Below are positions 1 to 10,400 of a stretch of 64,000 nt of DNA, in pieces; within the stretch, counting starts at the first letter, position 1; each line of letters opens with the position of its first letter. Position numbers and translations under genes: made by a program. This DNA is from Gammaproteobacteria bacterium (lineage in GTDB: Bacteria > Pseudomonadota > Gammaproteobacteria > UBA4575). Under the pieces are notes generated by a model. The model was not told the origin of the DNA. It did no database searches and was given only the letters and a program-made list of their open reading frames with translations. Where the stretch lies: positions 352,001 through 416,000 of the forward strand of contig CBDCUI010000007.1 in assembly GCA_965222615.1 (NCBI GenBank), read 5' to 3'.

Positions 1-238
1 CGATCGCATCTGTATCGATTCTATACATTATTCTCCATGTCAATGTTTCATCCACTATGCGTAACTCATGACAACGCCGACCTATGATAGGCATCGGCCT
101 TGAGTGGGGCAATGAGAGTTTTTCACCTTGTTGCAGCTTGCGCAGTAAAAAACCTGCTTCAATACGTGCACTTTGTGAAAAAGGTGGTGTTTTGATTTCA
201 CCACTTAGCCATGCTAGTAGCTTATCTCTCGGCGACAT
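1..238 (-). CDS. RelE/ParE-superfamily (Gp49/HigB-like) type II toxin, runs off the window's left edge
   Basis: Hand translation from ATG at 238: MSPRDKLLAWLSGEIKTPPFSQSARIEAGFLLRKLQQGEKLSLPHSRPMPIIGRRCHELRIVDETLTWRIMYRIDTDAI; the PHSRPM...CHELRI...WRI.YRID pattern is typical of this family. Absent from the ORF track because it is truncated. Confidence 0.85.
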   Translation of the reverse strand, partial: MSPRDKLLAWLSGEIKTPPFSQSARIEAGFLLRKLQQGEKLSLPHSRPMPIIGRRCHELRIVDETLTWRIMYRIDTDAI

Positions 239-365
239 CTTTGACTCCAAGCCTATATCATATTGATGATTATGTCAATTCTGACATATTATTATTCGTA
301 ACTTACTGTAATTAAATAGGGTTATCAGTGCAATTTCCAACCTAAATATAGCCTTAATCTAATAC

Positions 366-755
366 TCATCTATTACTTATATCATTAGCGCTATTAAGAC
401 CTATATTTATAAGCGAGCATACAATTTGTTCGTACAATTCCTGACCTTTATTTGTGATCTGTATAACTCTGGCTCGGCGATCATTTTCAACAAAGTTATA
501 TTCCATTAAATGTAGATCTTCCAAGCAACGCATTGAACGGGTGAGTTGGGGTTTGTTTAGTACCGCTTCTTTTGCGATGACCCCAGGCTGAACAAATTTT
601 TGATACAAGTAATGTAGCACTTCAAAATCGATATGCGAGAGCTGGTACACTTTTATACTGTTTTTAATCTGTCTTTGATATGCCCTTACTTTTTTCAAGA
701 TTGCGAAATAGTCTTCTAGCTCCAATAGTTCTTCGTCAGCTATAAACTTATTCAT
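366..755 (-). CDS. MarR-family winged-helix regulator
   Basis: LSHIDFEVLHYL...LNKPQLTRSMRCLEDLHL...DRRARVIQITNKG matches MarR motifs; the ATG at 755 was chosen over the upstream alternative start. Confidence 0.75.
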   Translation of the reverse strand: MNKFIADEELLELEDYFAILKKVRAYQRQIKNSIKVYQLSHIDFEVLHYLYQKFVQPGVIAKEAVLNKPQLTRSMRCLEDLHLMEYNFVENDRRARVIQITNKGQELYEQIVCSLINIGLNSANDISNR

Positions 756-881
756 AGTCTGTCTACCCAAGCCAATGCTTTATTTAAATATTGTGCCCAA
801 AGATGATTATTTACTTCTATCACACATTTATGATCTACAGATCATAACAATATCAGCTCATCTTTACCACAATTACGCTCT

Positions 882-1154
882 ATGGAGCGTATGACTTTAA
901 AGAGGAAAATTCAGCAGGATTTTGGGAAAGCTCTGCTTAAACACAGAAGCAAAGCCAAGATGACATTTGAAACGCTTGCGGATAGAGCCAATTTGTCTAT
1001 GCGCTATGTACAAGACTTAGAGGCTGGCAAGAAACTACCATCGATCATCACATTAATGAAACTATGCCATGCTTTGAAAATTACACCTGATAAGTTACTG
1101 ATGCCAATTTTTAGGCAAAATAAGAAACAAATTTTGGAAAAGGATAACGACTGA
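882..1154 (+). CDS. XRE-family HTH transcriptional regulator
   Basis: MTFETLADRANLSMRYVQDLEAGKKLPSIITLMKLCHAL is a classic HTH_3 pattern. Confidence 0.85.
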   Translation: MERMTLKRKIQQDFGKALLKHRSKAKMTFETLADRANLSMRYVQDLEAGKKLPSIITLMKLCHALKITPDKLLMPIFRQNKKQILEKDND

Positions 1155-1330
1155 TAAGTAGCCTACAAAAACAAAATATATTCTATTTGAAATTTACAGG
1201 CTCAACGAAGTTTATACTCGAACTGACAGTTGTCGATGTGGATTCGTATGACAACCGCTTAAACTTTATCTTAAACAGACAAAATAACATGGAATATGAG
1301 TCCACGTTTCATTTTTTAATTAATTGGCTG

Positions 1331-1377
1331 ATGGTGGCCAGGGGCGGAATCGAACCACCGACACGAGGATTTTCAGT
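1331..1377 (-). repeat. att direct repeat: 3' fragment of tRNA-Phe
   Basis: atggtggccaggggcggaatcgaaccaccgacacgaggattttcagt is identical to 16046-16092. Confidence 0.97.
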
Positions 1378-1534
1378 ACCCAAGGTTAAATAACTATCTG
1401 AATCCAGATTGTTCTAAATATATATCTACACTCACAATTATATGAAAATAGTTGTCTTTAATTATCTGTATAAATCCTAGTTATTCATCAATTTTCTTAG
1501 CACAAGTACACGAAAATTACACAATAATAATTAT

Positions 1535-4500
1535 CTATACTTGCTCAGCGCTTAATTCAAATTCTGAATTAATTAATTCAAGTATTTTTTCCAGAAACTG
1601 CCCTTCTTGTGGTGATATCGCAAGTCTTAGATATGGTGGTATATATTCTAAGAATTCTGACTTATTAATTGGGCGATATTCTAATAATGCCTCAAGCATG
1701 GCTGGTCGGAGAAGACGTTTATTTTCAGGTGTGTCCGGTAGTGTTTTACGGATTACTTTTTGGTCAAATTCAATAAGCTTATCTTTCAATTGCACGCTTT
1801 CTGTTACAAATTCATTGCTCTCTTCTTGCCAAATTTCAATTTCATCAATAGTTTCTTCTTCTACAGATTCAGCCGGAATTTCGCTAACAACTGGTAGATC
1901 AGTTTTTAGTTCATGCAGTTCTCGAATAATTGGTTGAATTTCAGCGCGTGGGTTCCTGAACCAGTCAGTGGACCAAATACGTCGTATCCTCCACCCAAGT
2001 TGTTCCAATATATCCTGACGAATTCGATCACGATCTCGAACAGACTTTGCAGAGTGATAAGTTGCGCCATCACATTCAATACCCATTAAGTATCTTCCAG
2101 GATTACCTGGATCTACAATTGCAATGTCGATAAAAAACCCTGCCACACCCACCTGAGGTACACACTCAAAACCTTCGTCTCGTAATGCATCGGCTACTGC
2201 TATTTCAAAATCACTGTCCGGGTCACGACCCGATTTTTCACTGCCTTTCTGAAGAATGCCCGTCTCACAAAAAGCAAGAAAATCCCTAAGTGCTTTTACT
2301 CCGAGTTTTGAACTAGTATCTACAACAATATCGTCAGAACCCATAGAACTAATCACAAGCATCCGCCTTCGAGATCGTGTAAAGAGTACATTCAACCTAC
2401 GCCAACCAACGTTTGAATTAATTGGCCCAAATCGCTGAAAAACTTTTCCTCGCGGCTCTTGAGGCCCATATGTCATGGATATAATTATTACATCACGTTC
2501 ATCGCCTTGTACGTTCTCAAGATTCTTTACAAAAAGTGATTCTTGATTAGTTTGATCTTTCTCCAACCATTCTTGAAAAGAAATATCATCTTTTGCGAGA
2601 CTTTCTATAGCACTTTCTATTTGGTCTCGTTGCTCCACATTCATAGCAACTACACCTATAGTTTCATCAGATCCTTTACTAAAATGCTCACGAACTTTAT
2701 TAGCTATAACTTTTGCCTCCTCTAGGTTACGTCGGTTTACAAAACATCCACGTCGGACACGTGTAAAACTTATGCCTAATCGTTCTAAATCTTTGTGAGG
2801 AGAAGGGAACAGAATTAGATTACTGTCGTAGAAATAATGATTAGAAAAAGCAATAAGACTTTCATGCTTCGATCTGTAATGCCATCTTAACCTTCGTGCA
2901 GAAAACATTGGGCGTGTAGCATCTAAAATGCTTTCAGATTCTTCTATTGCTGAAGGATCTTCATCATCATCTTCAATAACTCGGTCAAAAAAACTTGTCG
3001 GCGGTAATTGCTTAGGGTCTCCAACAACAACTAGTTGTTTTCCACGAGCAATAGCCCCTAAAGCATCTTCGGGTTTGATCTGTGATGCTTCATCCATCAC
3101 AATCAAATCAAATTCTATTTGGCCAGGTGCTAAATATTGTGCTACTGACATTGGACCCATCATAAAACATGGCTTAAGTGCAGAAAGTGCTGTCCCTGCA
3201 CGTCTGAGTAACTGTCTAATAGGTATATGTCTTTTTTGTTTTCCACATTCATGTTCGAGCAATGCAAACTCTGTGTAGTCACTAACTCGTCCACCAAAAC
3301 TTCCTTGTGGTACATGGGCTTTATCTGCTTCCCATGCAATATTTTCACTTTGTAATTTCTTAAGACGATCATCGTATTCTTTAAACTGGCGTTGTAAAGA
3401 CTCTTGCGCTCGTCCTGAAAATCGGCCAAGTTCTGGTTCTGCCCGTAGAATTTCACGTGCTAATAAATCGAAAATTCCTGCATAAAAAGCCACCTCCGCC
3501 ATTGATGCTGAAATTTCCCCTTTTTCAATTGTTTCAGCCAATTTATTGAGACCAATTGGATTGAGTTGTTGACGTATTCGTACATAATCAAGCCAGTCCT
3601 GTAGCGTTACGCGTTGTTCTAGTGCAATGGAGTTGCGCTCTATCAACATTGCTACATCAATTCCACATGTGGACAACCATTTGTTTTTATCTAATAACAC
3701 TAACTCTTCAAATTTAGAGTTTGTTAGATTTAGTGTTTTTAGAATGTCTTTAATCTTTTTGCCTTGCTTACGTAATGAGTTAATCGTTGACGGTTCAGGT
3801 TTTTCATATATCCGATCTACAATAATTTGTTTTTTTATTTTATTTGTTATGCAATTGGCAATATCTAAAGTGTTTTTGGAAATGCTAAGTGCTGTATTGT
3901 TATTTGTATTCGCACCTATTTGTAAACCCAGGCGGCCTCTGAAAAATCGGTTATCATAATCGGCTTTTTCCCATCTACTGACGGTCCTATGCAGTGAATC
4001 AAGGGCCGTAATCTGGTTCATAAATTCTGTAAGCGATATGTTTTCATCTGTAATTAGTGACTTGCATTCTTTAATTGCTACAGATATTTTATTTTTTAGT
4101 TTGACTAATAGATCACCGTCGCCCACTAGTAGAGTTTTAGAATCTTGCAGTGCCGTAACGGGAGCAAATAGAACTTTTAATTGCTTGAGTTCACTTAATA
4201 TATCGTCTAATTTTTTACAAATTCCTTGTTCTGAAAGAGACCGAATTGCTTTACTTAGATCAGGCGGTAAACCTATTGCTGCATCACCAAGCGCAATTTT
4301 TGGGCCGAATCCTACACCATATGTTTGGCGAACTTGTCTATACCATTCCCTAACTGTTTCTAACGAACCTATATCTGTATCCAAACCTCTGGAATGGTCC
4401 CCCAAAAGCGATTTGTAAGTTGAATTGTTTTTAAGTTTATGAAGTTGATCTGAATATGTTACAGAGTCATTTAATGCTGCGATTAAATCTTTAAACTTGA

Positions 4501-7003
4501 CATCCGTATTTGCTGACTGGCTAATTATTTGTTTTCTTGTCTTTCGCCAAGTAGGTTTAAACCATCGCAAAATACCACTAGATGATACAATTTGTTGATA
4601 CTCTTTTTGAGTATCTTTATCTGGTATTCGTTTTACATCATAAACTTTTGACAATTTTTCTTGCTGTTGGTGTAAATTTTCAATTTCTTTACGAATTTTA
4701 GGAAGTGCATCATCAAGTTCATCATTATCAAAAAGTTCATTGCGATTCTTCCATTCTGAAGGGGGTAGTGACGATACAAGTTCGATAAATGTTTTTATTT
4801 CATGCAATCCAGACTCAGATAGATTTAAAAAATCTACTGCTGATTTGCCGATTTTAGTTTGAAGTTCTGAAACAAAGTCCTGAAGTTGTACTAATTGATC
4901 ATGTACTCTCGTTAGTCGTTGTGTTGCTTGATCAATTTCACCTAATTTTACAGTACCATCTATAAATTGAACCAAGCTACTTCCACCTTTTAAATATTTG
5001 CCAACTAATGAAAGGTTTTCAATCGCTTCAGTGCTAACCCTTTTAGACAGAATACGGTAAAGAGTTTGGATACTTTCAAATTGTTTTATGTATTTTTTTA
5101 CCTTGCTCAGCCTTTCTCCTTTAAGTAAATGCAATGTGTCGAGCAGTTCGTTACCTTTTAAATCTGGTAATTGTTCAAGTTCTAGTGCTATTTCTTCATA
5201 ATCAGTAATAGTTTTTGGCCCTGACGATGGTTCGCAATTAAGTGTTTCTATTAGTTCAATCTCTAAATTTTTTAATTGAATTAATGAACTCTGCCAGTCC
5301 TCAAGTGCAATAATTACCTTGTCAATGTCAAAGACTTGCAAGTCAATGTTTCTTACTCCATACCAAGGGTGCTGACTTAGCGAAATACCGTTACCTAACC
5401 GTTCTTCTACAGTTTTAAAAGCATCACTAAATGCTATGACCTGATCTCTTGCTCGTCGCTGCATATCTGCATCAAAGTTTTCACCTGAATATCCGTCTGG
5501 GTGCAAGTATTCTGGGTTGATCTTAAGAAGCTCTCTATATCGAGTTGCAGCCATGAATATTTCATGCTTCGTTTTTCCAGTTTCTTTCCATGTCTGATTA
5601 ATGCGTTGAACATGCGTTTTTAGTGAATTTTTTAGATCTTCAAATCGACTTATATCTGCAGCAATTTCTGCCGGTTTTCGGTAATGGCCCTTTTTATTTA
5701 TTCTTTCGGAAACATCATTGAGTAATTTTCTTTTTTGAGTTTTATGACTATGTAATTCAAGACAAAATTCACCAAGTCCCGCAGAATCGAGACGGCGCTT
5801 TACTATATTTAGTGCCGCAAGTTTTTCAGCCACAAATAAGACTTTTTTCCCCTGAATTAAAGCCGCACCAATTAGATTAGTAATAGTTTGTGACTTACCT
5901 GTTCCAGGTGGACCTTCTATAACTAAATTTTCACCTTCAACAACATCAATTAATGCACTATGTTGAGAACTGTCTGCATCGTAAATTAAAGGATACTTTG
6001 TATGAATTTCTGGTAATTCATCAATTGAGTGTTCTTCACCAAAACCAAGATCTATATTTTTATTTTCTGGTAGCTCATCTACCCCATATCCTGTTAAAAA
6101 GCGGGATATTATTGGATGACTTGTGATTCCTTGTTCTTTCGGCCAACGAATAGGATCTAAATCTAGATACATAAGTAACTTGCTAAAATTAAGTAATGAA
6201 AGAGTTATATACCTTCTTAACTTCCAACGTGGATGACTTTTACAAATTACAGATTCAACTTCTTCAAAGTAAGTTTCTGGTTGAGTGTTTTCATCGAGTT
6301 CAGGCAAAGCTAATGAAAAATCAATCCTCAATTTTTCGCGTAAAGATAAATTCGGGATGATATCTTCATCAGAATAACTAAGGCTATACTCGTAAGTCCC
6401 CAAGACAGCATTTAATTTACCTTTTTGTAACCGAACGGGTACTAAAAATAACGGCGCCAGTCGTGAGTTAGTACTATTGGGGCTATCGAACCATTCTAAG
6501 AATCCAAATACTAAATAGAGCATGTTTGCTCCTGTTTCCTCAATAGCAGTTCTTGAAGTTTGGTGTAATCGTCGTAACCGTGCTTCTAATTCATAAGGAA
6601 ATAAAAGTGTTTGAATAGCCATATCAGTATGCTTGCTGACTTCATGGCTATTCTCTGGAACTGGTACATCAAATGATGTTTCTAGATTTAAATGTTTTGC
6701 CCATTCTTCTGCACTTGGGTCTTTTTTGAGACGGTGTTCTTCTCCTGTAACATCATCAATTTCAATATATCCTGCATCAACAAGTTCCTGTAGAGTAGGT
6801 TCAGAAACAGGTATAAAACGCATTTCTTTATCCGCTAAAAGAGTCTCGACTAATTGGTTTGGTAATTCATCTATTACACGTAAACATGAACTCTTAGTGT
6901 GGCGGAAATTGATAAGTCTATTGCGTCCCGTAAGATCAAGTAATCGATCTCGAAGATTCTTTAGTACATCAATCGCTGAATTATGACTAACTACTTCACC
7001 CAT
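1535..7003 (-). CDS. hhe: Hhe-type anti-phage protein: DUF4011 + SF1 (UPF1-like) helicase + Vsr/MTES_1575-like nuclease
   Basis: N-terminal LLDLTGRNRLINF (DUF4011), GPPGTGKS, DEASQ, GDPKQLPP, QGDERD, RRLNVLFTRSR; C-terminal IDIA..GIECDGATYH..RDRIRQ..LGW..RIWSTDW. Confidence 0.85.
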   Translation of the reverse strand: MGEVVSHNSAIDVLKNLRDRLLDLTGRNRLINFRHTKSSCLRVIDELPNQLVETLLADKEMRFIPVSEPTLQELVDAGYIEIDDVTGEEHRLKKDPSAEEWAKHLNLETSFDVPVPENSHEVSKHTDMAIQTLLFPYELEARLRRLHQTSRTAIEETGANMLYLVFGFLEWFDSPNSTNSRLAPLFLVPVRLQKGKLNAVLGTYEYSLSYSDEDIIPNLSLREKLRIDFSLALPELDENTQPETYFEEVESVICKSHPRWKLRRYITLSLLNFSKLLMYLDLDPIRWPKEQGITSHPIISRFLTGYGVDELPENKNIDLGFGEEHSIDELPEIHTKYPLIYDADSSQHSALIDVVEGENLVIEGPPGTGKSQTITNLIGAALIQGKKVLFVAEKLAALNIVKRRLDSAGLGEFCLELHSHKTQKRKLLNDVSERINKKGHYRKPAEIAADISRFEDLKNSLKTHVQRINQTWKETGKTKHEIFMAATRYRELLKINPEYLHPDGYSGENFDADMQRRARDQVIAFSDAFKTVEERLGNGISLSQHPWYGVRNIDLQVFDIDKVIIALEDWQSSLIQLKNLEIELIETLNCEPSSGPKTITDYEEIALELEQLPDLKGNELLDTLHLLKGERLSKVKKYIKQFESIQTLYRILSKRVSTEAIENLSLVGKYLKGGSSLVQFIDGTVKLGEIDQATQRLTRVHDQLVQLQDFVSELQTKIGKSAVDFLNLSESGLHEIKTFIELVSSLPPSEWKNRNELFDNDELDDALPKIRKEIENLHQQQEKLSKVYDVKRIPDKDTQKEYQQIVSSSGILRWFKPTWRKTRKQIISQSANTDVKFKDLIAALNDSVTYSDQLHKLKNNSTYKSLLGDHSRGLDTDIGSLETVREWYRQVRQTYGVGFGPKIALGDAAIGLPPDLSKAIRSLSEQGICKKLDDILSELKQLKVLFAPVTALQDSKTLLVGDGDLLVKLKNKISVAIKECKSLITDENISLTEFMNQITALDSLHRTVSRWEKADYDNRFFRGRLGLQIGANTNNNTALSISKNTLDIANCITNKIKKQIIVDRIYEKPEPSTINSLRKQGKKIKDILKTLNLTNSKFEELVLLDKNKWLSTCGIDVAMLIERNSIALEQRVTLQDWLDYVRIRQQLNPIGLNKLAETIEKGEISASMAEVAFYAGIFDLLAREILRAEPELGRFSGRAQESLQRQFKEYDDRLKKLQSENIAWEADKAHVPQGSFGGRVSDYTEFALLEHECGKQKRHIPIRQLLRRAGTALSALKPCFMMGPMSVAQYLAPGQIEFDLIVMDEASQIKPEDALGAIARGKQLVVVGDPKQLPPTSFFDRVIEDDDEDPSAIEESESILDATRPMFSARRLRWHYRSKHESLIAFSNHYFYDSNLILFPSPHKDLERLGISFTRVRRGCFVNRRNLEEAKVIANKVREHFSKGSDETIGVVAMNVEQRDQIESAIESLAKDDISFQEWLEKDQTNQESLFVKNLENVQGDERDVIIISMTYGPQEPRGKVFQRFGPINSNVGWRRLNVLFTRSRRRMLVISSMGSDDIVVDTSSKLGVKALRDFLAFCETGILQKGSEKSGRDPDSDFEIAVADALRDEGFECVPQVGVAGFFIDIAIVDPGNPGRYLMGIECDGATYHSAKSVRDRDRIRQDILEQLGWRIRRIWSTDWFRNPRAEIQPIIRELHELKTDLPVVSEIPAESVEEETIDEIEIWQEESNEFVTESVQLKDKLIEFDQKVIRKTLPDTPENKRLLRPAMLEALLEYRPINKSEFLEYIPPYLRLAISPQEGQFLEKILELINSEFELSAEQV

Positions 7004-7194
7004 ATAAATTTGGCCTAATTTAGACTGGATGAATTAACATGTTTTTTTGAAGATGTTTAGAATCATCTTCACCCCCCAACTGCTAGATAAATTATTATTT
7101 AGTTAATTTTCTCTCTATATTTTTCCTTTAAGTGTGAATTGGATCAGACATATTGACATTCCTCAATACACAGACATGAAAATACTTGGTTACT

Positions 7195-7390
7195 TTGTTT
7201 AATTTTTCGCCACTCCCACTGTTTTACCCTCTCTTTCTCTGGTAACTTCCAAATTCCTGCTCGATTTCCGTTCGCCACGTGTTCAAATGTATGTAAGCGG
7301 CTACTCATTGCATATTTTGGATGACATACTCGTAACCGCAACGAACAAGTACGCCATTGACCCATAACTCACCAAGATATACATGTTTTG
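7195..7390 (-). pseudogene. Frameshifted C-terminal remnant of a thermonuclease (SNase-like) gene
   Basis: Two overlapping frames join to ..VNGVLVRCGYEYV/HPKYAMSSRLHTFEHVANGNRAGIWKLPEKERVKQWEWRK, resembling the SNase tail (VRxGxAxVY..Y....E..AR..R.GLW......PWEWR). Confidence 0.55.
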
Positions 7391-7459
7391 AGCTTATGAT
7401 TAGAGAGCTTTTTTGTAAAATTTGCATAAGAAATAAGTCATTTACATTAGATATACACA

Positions 7460-10400
7460 ATGAAGATACGCAATAAGAATATATCCCTTGCACCTACAGA
7501 TCTTAGTAATTTTCATAGCTGCCATCATCTTACCTATCTTGATACAAAAAATGCTAAAGGTCTTATAGAACGCCCTAGTCGTTATGGACCACTATTAGAT
7601 GAGCTTAAGGCACGCGGAATTGCTCATGAACAAAAATATTTCGAGCATTTAAAATCACAGGGACTATCGTTTGTTCAGATTAACAATTCTGATTCAGATA
7701 ATTTTTCCAAAGAAACTGCGCTTGAGGAAACAATAGCTGCAATGAGAAATGGTATCGACGTAATATATCAAGCAACTTTGTTGGACAATACTTGGCTGGG
7801 ACGGGCAGATTTTCTCCACAAAGTTGAGTCATCTAGTAAATTTGGGAACTGGTCATACGAAGTCGTCGATACTAAGCTCGCACGTGATACCAAGGCAGGT
7901 ACTATTCTTCAACTATGTGTTTACTCTTATTTACTTTCCAAGCTTCAGGGAACTCGTCCAGAATTCATGTGCGTTGTTACACCGGGGAGTGATTTTATCC
8001 CATTGAAGTATCGTGTGGATGATTATGGCGCGTATTTTCGTTTCGCTGAAAATAACATTACCGATTTTATAGAATCTGAAGAGGATACTTATCCAGAGCT
8101 TGTTCCCCACTGTGACCTTTGTACATGGTGGAGTGAATGCGAAAAACGGCGTCGAGGTGATGACCATCTTTGTTACGTAGCTGGGATTAGGGGTTCTCAA
8201 ATAAAAAGTCTTCGCTCATTAGGTATAGAACGGCTTGCAGATTTAGCGCATCTAGAAAATATTCCTGAAACGCCTCATGGATCCAGAGAAGCACTTACAC
8301 GTGTTCGTGACCAAGCTAAAGTTCAATTTATTGGAAGAGATAAGAGTGGTTCATATTATGAATTTATCGAACCTTTCAATAGTGAACATGGACTTGCGAT
8401 GTTACCGGAACCAACACAAGATGATATTTTCTTGGACTTTGAGGGAAGCCATTTTGTTGAACAAGGAGTTCAGGAATATCTAACAGGATTTTTAACTCTC
8501 GATCCTGATGGAAATCAAAATTATACGGCGCTATGGGCACGAACTCTTGAAGAGGAATGTCGGTCATTTGAAGAGTTTATCGATATTGCGATTGACGCAT
8601 GTATGCGTAATCAAAATGCACATATTTATCATTTTGCTTCCTATGAACCAACGGCACTAAAAAGATTAATGGGTCGATTTGCAACTAGAGGGGAAGAGCT
8701 AGATGATTTATTAAGAAGAGAAGCATTTGTTGATTTATATACCATTGTCAAACGTACTCTAATAGCAAGCGTTGAACGCTACTCAATTAAAGATCTAGAG
8801 CCCTTCTTTGGTTATTCACGTAGTCAAGATTTAGCAGAAGCAACAATGAGCCGGCGAATTGTTGAGAATATTATCGAATCTGGTGATATCGATGATGCTA
8901 ATCAAAAACATTTTCAAATTGTTGAGAGCTACAACCGTGAGGATTGCGAATCTGCGAAACGTCTTAGGGATTGGCTTGAGAAGTTGCGTGAAGAAGTGAT
9001 TTCTAATGGGCACGTACTGCCAAGACCAGATATTAAAACTGGTGATGCTTCGGAAGAGATAAGTGAACTTGATAGTGAATTGCAACGACTTCGAGATGGA
9101 CTTTTGCAAGAAGTTCCAATGGAACCTGAAGACCGTTCTGATGAGCAGCAGGCACGTTTCACTCTCGCGCATATGATGGAATTTCATCGCCGAGAAGATA
9201 AGGCTGCTTGGTGGGAATATTTTCGAGTACTTGATTTAGACCAAAGTGATTACGTGGACGAACGTCGCGCCTTAATAAATCTAAAGTTTGAAAAAGTTGT
9301 TGATGCAAAGCGCGCACCGCTGCAGCGCTACAGTTTTGTTCCGCAAGAGCTTGATGTACGCAGAAATGATGATGTTTACGATAGTGAGGGTAATAAGGTC
9401 GGAAAAGTAACTGATGTTAATTATTCAGCGAGAACAATTGATATTAAGAAAATGATTGCCACAGCGGATGAGCACCCTAATAGTGTGGTTTTTCATAACC
9501 AAGTATCATCAAAAGCACTTCGAGAGTCGCTGATGCGATTTGGTGAATCTGTCTTAGAGCAAGGTTTCAACGGTCAGTTACCATATTCGTCTGGTTTAGA
9601 ACTATTACTTTGTAACTCTTCACCATTGGCTGGGGATAACGGTTCTTTGCAACAAGTCAATGAAAGTACATTAGATGCGGCGTGTAGATTGGCACTAAAT
9701 TTAGATCATCATGTACTTGCTATTCAGGGTCCGCCAGGAACCGGCAAAACTTACACTGGAGCACATATTATTTGTGTGCTGATACAGCAGGGTCTGAAAG
9801 TGGGGGTTACAGCTGTTAGTCATAAAGTCATCGAAAATTTGCTTGAAGGTGCAATGGAAGAAGCACATAAACAAGGAATTAATCTTCAAGGCGTGCATCG
9901 CCAAGACGGAGAGTATCAAGGTAATTGGAATATTGAACGCAAAAAAGATTACAGAACTATAAGACGACAGCTCGACGATGGAAGTATAGACGTTCTTGGT
10001 GCAACTGCATGGTGCTGGGTAAGAGAAGAATTTGAACAAAGTGTTGATGTTCTAATCGTAGATGAGGCTGGACAAATGTCATTGAGTAATGTTTTGGCTG
10101 CATCGCCGGGAAGTAAAGGTTTAGTGTTGCTAGGTGACCCACAACAACTTGAGCAACCATTGCAGAGTAGTCATCCAGAGGGAAGTGAAGTATCTGCTCT
10201 TTATTACTTGCTTGACGGAGAAGATACAATGCCCGCGGATAAAGGCTTATTTCTAAATGAAACTTTCCGACTTCATCCATCCATTTGCCAATTTACATCC
10301 GAAGTTTATTATGAGAAGCGCTTGATTGCGCAGCCTGATCTCATTAATCAGGAAATTATCTTTTTGTTAGATAAAACAAGTAGGATTTCAGGGTCGGGTC

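Noticed and set aside
84-266. 60-aa plus-strand ORF
   Set aside because: Shadow of the RelE-like toxin on the minus strand.
1187-1393. 68-aa ORF ending MVARGGIEPPTRGFSV
   Set aside because: Its C-terminus is just the antisense translation of the tRNA-Phe att fragment; likely spurious.
1452-6986. Several plus-strand ORFs inside the Hhe gene
   Set aside because: Antisense shadow frames, Ser/Ile-rich, with no motifs.
7460-8160. Cas4-like N-terminus suggesting CRISPR-Cas
   Set aside because: No cas1/cas2 and no repeat-spacer array seen anywhere in the window; the domain is part of a TM0106 fusion.
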